A DNA stretch of 64,000 bases from Elsinoe ampelina (lineage: Eukaryota): the NCBI GenBank assembly GCA_010093995.1, contig ML992507.1, positions 1,113,868 through 1,177,867 of the forward strand, written 5' to 3'. Made by a program: the position numbers and the translations under genes. The notes beneath the pieces are model-generated. The model saw only the letters and a program-made list of their open reading frames with translations. It had not been told where the DNA came from and ran no database searches. Shown in pieces: positions 53,335 through 64,000 of the stretch; the stretch's first letter is position 1; each line of letters starts with the position of its first letter.

Positions 53335-54403
53335 GCCGGCGGTAATGTGGTGGGAAGTAGTGAAGCTCTTGTGGTTTCTGGAAACATTTGAAGCTCGAGA
53401 AGGCACAGAAGCATGACGTGTTTCATGCATGACTCGCGGGAACAGGCTCCGTCCACGGGTACGTTTCGCTCTCTTATTAACTGCATTTACTCGCCTCAAC
53501 TTCTCATACTGGACCATTGCAAACTAAACACGCTCCAATTGAACACACCGGTGCCTTGAAATACGATTCAGGAACAATGCGACACATCAGCCCCTGCGGT
53601 TTGACTCTCGCGGCATTGCCTCGGTGAGCCGACGGCGCTACCTTCTAGCAATCATGAGTAGTATCCTACGTCGCTGGTAATTCTAGCCCGAAGACAGAGT
53701 GACTCTCCAGATCATGCAGTCGTTGCATACTTGTTCACGACAAAGCATGCAAGTGGACGATGTTCGTCTCTACACACCTCTCACAGCTCTGCTCTCTGGC
53801 CGCCTACATCGGAGCGCATCTTTCCGCTCGCAAAGGCAAGCGCCATCCTTCCAAGGTTGACACCAGACTCCAGTGGACCGGTCACTCTGCCACGACCGAA
53901 GGATCTAGAGCTTGCAGTATCTTCCTGGTCACAAAGCTCGCGAACGATACCACTTGCGGTCTCTGCTCAGGCTGACCTGCAGGGTTGAGAACCAAGCTGA
54001 CCAGGTGCGGCTGAAACTGTAAATCTGATGAACCAATTCGCTTTCTTGGTCCCTGGTCACGGTGGGCCGCTCTTACCTGCATGTCGCGGGATCTGCATAT
54101 TCTGCTGTCTCGGATTCTACTTTCGACCAATGACTGTGTAGCATGAACCGCAATCCCGCTCATCTATTGTTGGTTTGGAGCGTGCACCGGACCTCTCTGA
54201 TGAAATTGTTTCCGGTGTGCTGTTCAGCAGAGCATTGAGGTTACATGAAAGGCAGTGCATTGCAGTCTTCTCAAAGGTTCGTCGCTATTCCCTCCTGCAA
54301 GTATCAGTCATATTACTTTCTCATTTCCATGGAGATACAGTCGTTACTTACTTAGACCTTCTTTGACCTCAGCGTGGTGCCTGTGGTACTCATTGTGCCC
54401 ATC

Positions 54404-57053
54404 ATGCATGTCTTACGGCACCTAGGAACATCATTATGCGTCTTGGCCACGCTAGGCGGTGTGCGCGGGCAGCGACTGAATCAGACATCCTCTACGCTCA
54501 CTACGACTGCGACTGCAGAAAGTACCACACAAAGCTCTAGCAAGGTTTCGCAATCTTCCATACCTGCAACGATATCTGCGCCAGCTACACTCACCTTCGC
54601 CAACTCTTCGGCACCCGCCAGTGTCTACTCGCTCGTAAACTCTGCATTCGATTGCATACTAGACATAAGCAGATGGTCGGACTCTGCCAAAGGCACATGG
54701 GTATCGACAGAACTATACCTGAGCACCTTCACTGAAACGACGTACACCTACACCAGCACCATTTGGCATACATCATTGACGACACTCTGCGATGGAGTCC
54801 CACGAGCGGTCATTACGACGGACCCTGCTTCCGAATTATCGTTGTCATACAGTACTGCTCCTCAGCGGGTTCTGACCTTGACCAACAGCTCACTATCATA
54901 TTCTGGCACCCCACCATGTACTGTGTCCCCTGACCCTGCATCGTCCTATTGCAAGCAATTCCAAGAGGTGTATAATTCGAGGCTCTCCTCTGCATACTTG
55001 ACACCTGGTGCTTCGTCCTTCCAACTCCAGAACAAGTTTCCGAAATTCTGCACCGTCGACACTGAGCCGGTCGCGCCATACTACGGACACCTCACGGACG
55101 TTGAATGCTTTGTGAGCATCAGCTCTGCCCAGCTCTACTACTGGTCCACATCCAAACCCTCAAATTTCTGCAATTGGACAGCGACCACAAACCCACCAAG
55201 ACCAGACGGTCAGCCGGAGACCGTGATACTAAACGGAACGACTTTGACATCTCCCTCGGCCTATGTGTATTTGCACAGCCTGAGCTATCTGATTCGCTCC
55301 ATGCAGTCCACGACAAGGAGAACAATGGATACGATGCTGGCCTTCCGACCGGACGAATTGAAGTCGGTGTGTGGTTATCGAAATGAAGAAGGAGAGTTCC
55401 CCATGAACTACGCAGATTTTCAAGATCCAGTACCATGGAGTGCTTGGGCTTGTCAACCATATTGCTTCGGAAGGGACTCTGATCGCTGCAAGCCCTTGGG
55501 CGCAAACCTTGCAGCAAATTACAGACCCCAACTATCCGTGCCAGGCAATTTCTCAACGGTCCTCGCTGGCCTCGGGCTACCATCAGATTGTACATTGCAC
55601 AACGTGGGATGGCCGTTCACTGCCTGGCATGTAAGTAGACACTGCCGGCGCAGAGTCTGCATGACCGCTAACATATTCTCAGGACCCTCCCCAAATGCTG
55701 AAGCCCGCCGACCACTTGCTCGAGCCCAAGCCAACTTCAGCGCCGATGGTGACTACTGCAGATCCGGCTCCGACTCAAGTGCCCCCTTCGCCGAGCTCAC
55801 CGCCAGTCCTACCACCTGTCCAGACTGCTGCGCCCATGATCCCACCTCCTCGCCCGACAGCCCTGCCAGTCGACCAAGATCCCGCGCCAGCTCCCAGTGA
55901 TCCGGTAAATGATGGACAATCAGGTCAGCCGCAAATACCTGCAGATTCCACAAGTCAAGGAGCGGTGCAGCATCCCGCACAGCCTTCTAGTGGAGGTAGC
56001 GATCCCCAATCGGGGAGTGGCGTGGGCACCGGATCGACTAGCAATGGAAACAATGACAGCAATGGCCCGTCGGACCCAGGCAACAATAATGGTGCAGAAT
56101 CAAGCGGAGGTGACGCAGCATCGGAGCACGATGACACATCTCCATCACGGCCGCCTGTCATTGTGATTGGTGGCTTGTCGACCCTGACTGCTGGTGGCGC
56201 TCCCACTACGATCTCTGGCCATGTCATATCGATTCCCACAGTCGGCGCCGACTCGAACTCAGGTAACGGCGGTGGATCAGACTCCGACTCTAATGCAGGA
56301 AGCAGTGCTGTCGGATCGGGAAGTGGCACCTTTTCGGGCCCTGGCTCTGGCTCCAGCAGCGGCAATGGAGTTGCGTCTGGAGGTGATCCTAGCAAACCGA
56401 TTGCTCAGCGTCCCGTCGAGCCTGTGGTGGTGATCGACTCCTCCACCATTCCCGTGCGAGACTTTGGCAATATGATGGCTACTGCGATGCCGGAGTTGCA
56501 GTCTGCAGGCGTGAGTGTCGTCACTCCAGCCGCAGTTCCTAACAAGGCAACTGCTCGACCCCAGCCAGCTGTGGTCATTGGCGGGTCAACGACCCTTTTG
56601 GCCGGTGGCACACCTATCACGGTTGGCATTAGAGTCATCTCCATGGTCACAGGGCAGCCGACGGCTGCTGGTCAGCCAGGTGGCGCTGCGGTCGTGATTG
56701 ACGGCTCTACAGTCCCATTGGCTTCTCTCAGCAAGGTTTTGGAGACAGGCTTGCCTGATCTGCGGAGCGCTGGTATGGTGGCCACGACCGTCGTCGCCTC
56801 GTCAAAGCCAGGAAGTACCGATGCAGCTGTTGATGGCATCGCGGGCTGGATCATGAGCGCGCTGGGAGGCAAACCCAGCTCAGCGCGGCCTGCTGTGATC
56901 ACGGGATCGGGACAGAATGGTGGGAGGGGGAGGAACAATACGATAGTACCTTTCACAGGCGATGCGGGCAGGACGATCAACTTTGACTTCAAATGGCTGT
57001 ATAGCTCGGCTTTTGGCGTCGTTGCCGCTGGTATTGCCGTTTTGGCGTTGTAG
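54404..57053 (+). CDS. Secreted Cys-containing, Ser/Thr/Pro/Gly-rich, probably GPI-anchored cell-wall protein; intron 55631-55682
   Basis: N-terminal signal-like peptide; Cys-rich domain ending WH/DPP across a GTAAGT..CTAAC..CAG intron; VVIGG-type repeats; hydrophobic C-terminus. Confidence 0.82.
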
Positions 57054-57273
57054 AATAATTTGTAATAAGGCGATATCCAAACCATTTCTCAAATTCAATC
57101 CAAAGTCTCACTGCCACCTGTGCGGCTGATCACAATTCAAAAAGTGAAGCCCATCGGCCTTTCCTCGCACATCCCTCGGCCATCAAACTTCCCCCCCACC
57201 TCCATCTCCACCACCATCACTTCCTCCCCTGCACATCTCACGCTCACCTTCCCCCCCATCCCTCCCCAGCACA

Positions 57274-58158
57274 ATGTCCGAATACTGGAAATCAACCCCC
57301 AAATACTGGTGCAAATTCTGCAAAACCTACGTCCGCGACACCACGCTCGAGAAAAAACAACACGAACAAACCGGCAAGCACCAGTCCGCGATCCAAAAAT
57401 CCCTGCGCGAACTCCACAAAACCCAGTCGCGTGAGGAGCGGGAGAAGCAGCGCGCCAAGGACGAAGTGAGACGTATCACGGGCGCGGTGGATGGGAAGCC
57501 CGTCGCTGGTCCGTCGGGTGGCAAATCCGCTGGGGTTGCGGGCGCGGCGTCTGCGCCCGTCTCGGTGGCGAAGGCCAGGCCGACGTTTACGAGGGAGCAT
57601 AAGGTTGCGACGGCGGAGGATCGGAGGCGGCAGGCGGAGCAGTTGGCGAAGTTGGGGGTGGCGGTGCCGGATGAGTTTCGCGGGGACATGGCGGTGCCGG
57701 GGGAGTGGAGTACGGTGGAGGTTAGGGAGGTGTATAGAGCGCCAGCTGCGGGAGGGGTGAAGAAGGAGGAGGGAGAGGAGGGGAAGGAGGGGGTTGCGGA
57801 GGGGGTGAAGAGGAGGAGAGGGGACGGGGTGGAGGACGAGGATGAGGAGGCGGATAGGGTGAATAGTAAGCGGAAGGTGTGGGGATCGACACTGAAGAGT
57901 TATCCTGGTAGTAAAGAGGGGCAGGGGGAGGATTTTGATGCTTTGCTTTCGAATGCGTTGGTCAAGAAGGAGGTGAGGAAGGAGGTCAAGGAGGAGGATT
58001 TGGAGGATGGGGTCAAGTTGAAGACGGAGGAGTCTGGTGAAAATGATGGTGTTACCAAGAGCGTCGAAATGGCTACAGCAGCATCTTCAGATCAGAAGAC
58101 CGAAGAGGTGGCGTCAGATACTCCGGTCGTCTTCAAGAAGCGGAAGGGGAAGCGTTGA
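57274..58158 (+). CDS. U1-C-type zinc-finger protein (WBP4/FBP21-like, spliceosome-associated)
   Basis: MSEYWKSTPKYWCKFC...HEQTGKH zinc finger; C-terminal VVFKKRK. Confidence 0.88.
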   Translation: MSEYWKSTPKYWCKFCKTYVRDTTLEKKQHEQTGKHQSAIQKSLRELHKTQSREEREKQRAKDEVRRITGAVDGKPVAGPSGGKSAGVAGAASAPVSVAKARPTFTREHKVATAEDRRRQAEQLAKLGVAVPDEFRGDMAVPGEWSTVEVREVYRAPAAGGVKKEEGEEGKEGVAEGVKRRRGDGVEDEDEEADRVNSKRKVWGSTLKSYPGSKEGQGEDFDALLSNALVKKEVRKEVKEEDLEDGVKLKTEESGENDGVTKSVEMATAASSDQKTEEVASDTPVVFKKRKGKR

Positions 58159-58707
58159 GGGGAGGGATCAATTCGACAGCACACAGCAATCACGAATCCC
58201 TGACAATCACTGGAGAAGACATTCGGGATCGCAGTCTCTTCAAGGACGTCCTCGATCGTCAAGGCGTAGGTCAAGGTGACCCAAAGCCAGCGGTGCTCGA
58301 TAGGCCAGCATGAGCTGCAGGGCACAACTGGCCAGAGCAGACCGCAGGGGGGCGGAGGACGCATACGCAAGGAGCCAGCTCTACGCAGCAGGTCTTGCAA
58401 AGATTCCTCGGTCAGGTATGAAGAAATCACACGTGACTCGCTCCTGGTTATGCACCCATGCCTCAAAAATGTGCCAAGGCCATCCTCTTGACCCCAGACT
58501 TCAAAAGTGAAGCTTTGAGAGCTCCGCGCAACCACGCGACGTGACACAGTGCTCGTGAACGACAAAAAAACACAATTCTTTCCCAGCGCACATCCATACA
58601 ATCCCGACACTTGATCTCACGATTGCCCTGCAAACTTACTCACTGGTAGGCGGATGGCGAGAGCAGATATGAACGCAGCGCGACCTTAATCGACCTGAGC
58701 GACCGAG

Positions 58708-61700
58708 ATGCGATTCACGAAACCACTCTGGTTGACTCACGGCGGTGACAAGAAGGACTATGAGGTCTACAGCTGTCATGTATCGCCGGACGGTCAGCGT
58801 CTGGTCACTGCGGCAGGCGGTGAGCATCATCCTCTCCAAGATATGCACATTGACTCACCTTTTGTACAGACGGACATGTACGGATCTGGTCAACTGAAGC
58901 TATCTTGAACACGAACGATCCCAAATATGAGAACAAGCCGAAACAATTAGCCTCGCTGAGCTATCACTCTGGAACAATCCACTCTGTGCGATTCTCCCCG
59001 AACCAAAAGTACCTGGCATCAGGGGCCGACGACAAGATTGTCTGCATCTACACACTCGACCCGAACCCTCCGTCGCATACAACATTTGGTGGGTATAGTA
59101 AAATTAGGGAACTCGGGGAAAGATACTGATAGGCTACAGGCTCAAATGAGACACCCCCGGTGGAGAATTGGCGCATATATCGAAGGCTGATCGGACATGA
59201 CAACGACGTACAAGATTTGGGATGGTCTCACGACTCGTCGATACTGGTCTCCGTTGGGTTGGACTCGAAGGTTGTGGTATGGTCGGGTTATACGTTTGAA
59301 AAGCTCAGGACGCTCTCCCAACATCAAAGTCATGTCAAGGGAATCACGTTCGACCCAGCCAACAAGTACTTTGCAACTGCCAGCGATGACCGGACAATCA
59401 AGGTATACCGATTCCAATCACCAGATGCGAAAGCGACAGCATACGATCAGGCCAACAACTTCACTCTGGAAACAAGCATATCAGCTCCGTTTTCAGCTTC
59501 GCCCTTGACGACCTACTTCAGACGTCCTTCATGGTCACCAGATGGAGCACACTTGACTGCAGCCAATGCCGTCAATGGTCCTGTCAGCTCGGTAGCAGTC
59601 ATTACGAGAGGCTCATGGGAAAGCGATATCAGTCTGATTGGTCATGAGGGTCCCGTCGAAGTCTGCGCCTTTTCTCCTCGCATGTATACCCGCCAGCAAC
59701 CCAATCCCGCCGATCAAACGCCGCAAGCTAGCGTGACTGTCGTCGCTTGTGCCGGACAAGACAAGACCTTGAGCGTGTGGAATACGAGCGTGCCCCGACC
59801 ATTCGTCGTCACCCAGGAACTGGCCGCAAAGTCGATATCAGACCTCGCCTGGTCGCCCGATGGAATGCATCTCTACTTCTCGAGTCTGGACGGTACTATC
59901 GCTGTTTGCAGCTTCGCTCAAAAGGAGCTCGGCTATGCGACGCCTGTGGCAGACACCGATAAGGCTCTACAGCGATTTGGTGGAAGCAGGAGAGCTGGCA
60001 TTATCGAGAATGCGGATGCGCTTAGGCTCGAGCAGAGCAGTAAGGCTGATGAGCTAAGAGGCGCCCAAGGTCGTATGGGCGAGTTGATGGGAGATGGCAA
60101 CGATGGGCCTGCTCCTGCTATCAATGGGGACTCATCCAAAGTCAATGGTACTGCTGCAACCACGAATGGGGATACTACAGCAGGCGCAACAAGCGCAACG
60201 AACGGTGAAGCGGCTCCTCCTCCGGATCCGCAAGTAGCACGTATCGACAAGCTCAAGCAAAGAGTGACAATCACGAAAGATGGCAAGAAGCGTATCCAGC
60301 CGCTTTTGGTCTCTGCGAGTGGTAGTGGACAATCATCTTTGCCACAGTCTCAACTGGTGGTGCAAAGTTCGCGAGGCGTACGAGATGATGCGCCGACAAA
60401 CATCCTCGATCTCTCGAAACCATACGACGGACTTCCAAAAGGCGGTCTTGCCTCGCTCATCCTCGGTCAGAAACGAAAGTTTGCAGAGATTGAGGGTGAC
60501 GAGGAGAAGCGTGCAGAGAAGCGCATACAGGCCGTGCAGGAGTCTGGCGCCATACCCATACTAATGAACACATCTGGTGGTCTTGTACCGCCGAGTCATG
60601 CCACACCTGCTTCGAAAGATACCCCAGCGGCGTTACGTCCATCAGTCATTTCACCCAGTCTCTCAGTCTCTCAGATTCGACTCGCCGTTCCTCTCATTCG
60701 TCCGTCTATTACCAGACCTCTCGAATTGTTCCCTCAGAGAGACAAATCCGCCACGAACAGTACAGAAGATACATCGGTGCTCTTTGAAGCCCGCAACTCT
60801 CTTGGCCCGTCTCGGACTGGTCGACCACAAGACCGTAACCCTACCAGAGTTACCTTGTCCCGCCGCGGGCAAGTACTGTGGCAAGACTATGTCCCTCGAC
60901 ATGTCCTTCTCGCGACCGGCAATCGTCACTTCTGGGCGGTCGGCTGCGACGATGGGTCTATCCACATCTGGACCCCAGCCGGTCGACGCATGCTCAACTC
61001 CCTCGTCCTTCCCGCGCAACCTGTCATCCTAGACTGTCGTGGCTGGTACCTCCTCGCCGTCTCCGCAGTAGGCGAATGCAGCGTCTACAACCTCCGCAGC
61101 CTCTCCTCGCCCCACCCACCCATCAGCCTCGCCCCCGTCCTCGATGCCGCGGCCACCGCAATGCAAGACCACCTCACCGCCAGCCCAGCCATCATGTTCG
61201 CCCGGCTCAACAGCCAAGGCCGCATCGTAGTCGGCGTCAGCAACGGCGACGGCTACGCCTACAACCCCAGCATGTACGTCTGGCAACGCCTCAGCGAACC
61301 CTGGTGGGCCGTCGGCAGCCAATACTGGAACACGTCCGACACGTCCCTGACCACCTCCTCTGGACCGGTCAAACCCTCCACCACCAGCCCCTCGGCCTCG
61401 CCCCTCGACGACGTCGACGCCGTCACCGCCCACCAGATCTCCGCGGGCATCATCCCCTTACTCGAGCGCAACACAACCTCCCAGACCCTCCTCAAAGGCC
61501 GCGCCTTCTTCCTCCAGCGCCTCGTCAGATCCCTCCTCTCCGCAGAAGGGTACGAGGGCTTCGAATCCGCCGTGTCGGTCGCGCATCTCGAGAACCGCGT
61601 CGCGGCCGCCATGATGCTGGGCGCGAGGGAGGAGTTCAGGATGTACCTCGTCACGTACGCGAGGCGGTTGGGGAGCGAGGGGTTGCGGGGGAAGGTGCAG

Positions 61701-62026
61701 GAGTTGTTGGCTTCGTTGGTGGGGGCGGTGGATGGTGGGGAAGGTGAGGATGGGGGAGGGGAGGAGGGGAGGGGGTGGTTCGGGGAGACGGGGGAGGTGG
61801 TGGGGTGGGATAGGAAGGAGTTGGGGAGGGAGGTGGTGTTGATTCTTGGTGAGTCGATATACATATCTATTGTAAGGGGGTGGGAATACTGACTGGTACA
61901 GGGAAACATAGGGATTTGCAGCGCATTACGGTGCCGTACGCGAGGGCGTTGGGGGTGTTGGGGGTTCAAACGAATGGGTCTGGGTCTGGGAATGGGGAAG
62001 GGGAGGAAATGGTCACGGATTCGTAG
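58708..62026 (+). CDS. HIR1: HIR1/HIRA histone chaperone; exons 58708-58819, 58870-59088, 59140-61848, 61902-62026
   Basis: WD40 repeats (GHDNDVQDLGWS, HQSHVKGITFDP), B-motif ITKDGKKRIQP, Hira C-terminal AHLENR; three canonical introns. Confidence 0.95.
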
Positions 62027-62350
62027 ATGGCGTTTGTTGAAGAGGGGAAAGAGTTCGACAAGGAAGCGCGGACAGATGCTGGTGTGATCCTCACGGACAC
62101 GACAGCAAGACGCTGGAAAGGGAGTGGTAATGTCCAATCATCATTGACGAGCTCAAGAATCGCTGCCGAAGCAAATAATGCACCCCGCTCGACTAGGCTA
62201 ATTCGCTCGCTCGAAAAGCAGAAGCAGAAGTAAAAGTGGATCAGTCACTCCATCTCACCTTCACCCTCTCCCGTTCCCCCTCCGACCCACGATCCTCCCC
62301 TTGGCATCTCCCTTCGCCTCTTCCGCCAACCCTGCCATCCCGTGGGTTTG

Positions 62351-63523
62351 CTAGATTCCACGGACATAAACAACCTTGTCCCCCCTCCCCCTACTCCTGC
62401 TACGACTCCTGCTGCCCCTCTTCCTCACGATCGCCAAGCCCCCGCCTCGATCCTTCTTGGCCTCGATGAGAAACTTCTTCTTGCCTTTACCCCGCTGCTC
62501 CTTTGTTTTATCGTGCAGGACCTCGAACATGGCTTGGTCCATTTCGCGGTAGATGATGATGTAGTTGGAGTCGACCTGCCACCAGTCAGTCAGGGCAGGG
62601 ACGGGGAAGAAAGGGGAGGGAATGGAGGGGAGGGGGAGGGGTCAAGCAGGGGAGGGAAGGGGTGGGCTTACGGGGTCGTAGCGGTACGCGATTCCGAATT
62701 CCTTGAGCACGTCGGTGGAAATGTCATGTCTGTGAGCGCGCGGGTAGACGGGTGTGCGTCCCGCGCCGGCGACGATGATGTCCCCCGCCGCGTGGTGGCC
62801 GTGACCATGGTGGTGACCGGCGCCGTAGACCTGGGCGGAAGCGCCGGGGTAGGCGACGATGCTGGTCGTCTTTTGCTCGATGAGGCCCTCATTCTTCTCG
62901 CCTTCGGCTCGGCGCATGATGCGGTCGATCTGGTTGTCGCTGTAGCCTGCCTTGCGGAGGTTGTCGCGGGTGGCTTCGTCGGCCTTGTCCTTTTCCTTTT
63001 TGGCCTTGAGCTCGGCTTCCTGGCGTTTCTTTTCCTGGAGAGCTTCGAATTCTTTGTATGCCTTGTCGGCCTTTTCCTTGGCCATGATCTCGTCGACGCG
63101 GATTTGTTCCTTGATTCGCTCCATTTCTTCCTCCTTTTTGCGTTTCTTGGCGGCTTGTTCGTTCTCCCATTGTGAGATGATCTGTTTGCGGTCCTCCTCT
63201 TCGTGGTGTTTGGCTTCGCTGTCGTCGAGGTTCTTCTTTAGACGTTCGATTTCTCGTTCCAAATGCCCGTAGGACGGACTGCGCGAGCGAGCATAGCTCA
63301 AGTCGGAGTGTGCTCGGTGTCTCCCTCGAGATTGGGAGACACGCAGATCGTGAATCTCATCCGCGATGCGGTCGATTTGACGCCCACGGTAGTCTGGCGA
63401 CGAGGGGACGAAGACATTGGTGGTATTTTCAGTTCGACCATGAGAGGATGATCGGTAATGATATGCGGGCGGAGAGAGATGAGGCGGTGGGTAGTATGGA
63501 TCATAGGGAGCGTAATAGACCAT
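62351..63523 (-). CDS. Conserved fungal hypothetical protein (coiled coil plus C-terminal domain); intron 62671-62576
   Basis: K/E-rich coil, then PVYPRAHRHDISTDVLKEFGIAYRYDP/VDSNYIIIYREMD joined over a GTAAGC..CTGAC..CAG intron. Start codon uncertain. Confidence 0.78.
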
Positions 63524-64000
63524 GGTCACCGCTCCGGACTCGAGGCCAAGAAAATCGGGGCTTTCTCTATCCGAGGCTCGTGGTAGGGCTGAGATCAAGT
63601 GGGAGGAGTGAAATCGGAGCCAAACTCCGGTAAAGGAAGAACGCTGATGTTAGGATTGAAAGAATAGGCTTACAATGGCAGTGTAGACAAGGTGGGTAAG
63701 ATGTGGACGAATAGCAGAGAGTCTTACGGCGCGTCTTGTGGTTCATGTCAGATCAGATCAGCTGGCATGCGGCTGAGGACGAGATCAGGCCAGCAGCCAT
63801 CTATTCCGCTACCTTCTCTAGAGAGTGGGGCAGACATGTTGGGCATGGGAGATGGCGTTGTCGCTATGCTCGATTTGGGCCGTGGTGGTTCACGCTCTGG
63901 CTGCTAGACGGTTAGCATTTGTTACTGTAGCTCTGGTCGCGTATATCGAAGCGTGACAGCGAACCATGCTTCACGTCGAGTTCAAGAACCGGTGAAGGAC

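Overview
Filamentous ascomycete (probably Dothideomycete) genomic DNA in two compartments. Bases ~1-41050 are mostly AT-rich transposon relics showing RIP (repeat-induced point mutation: CpA>TpA/TpG>TpA, in-frame TAA/TAG). A small un-RIPped island at ~6480-10195 carries an intron-containing tRNA-Ser(AGA) and a 660-bp TIR element. Reversing RIP by eye resolves the following: a hAT transposase relic; two related PIF/Harbinger elements in opposite orientation (10196-37716 and 37748-41050); and, nested in ORF2 of the first, a ~24.2-kb TIR-bounded, TA-flanked element (12265-36515). This large element carries a Plavaka-type transposase, a SNF2-like helicase, an apparently duplicated ~7-kb module, unknown ORFs and a solo LTR. 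Bases ~41050-64000 are ordinary gene-dense DNA: Ime2-like kinase, mitochondrial carrier (PET8/SAM5-like), a protein with a possible C-terminal ubiquitin-like domain, stomatin-like protein, a GPI-type cell-wall protein, a U1-type zinc-finger protein, HIR1 and a conserved hypothetical gene. All calls come from reading by eye; no database searches were run.
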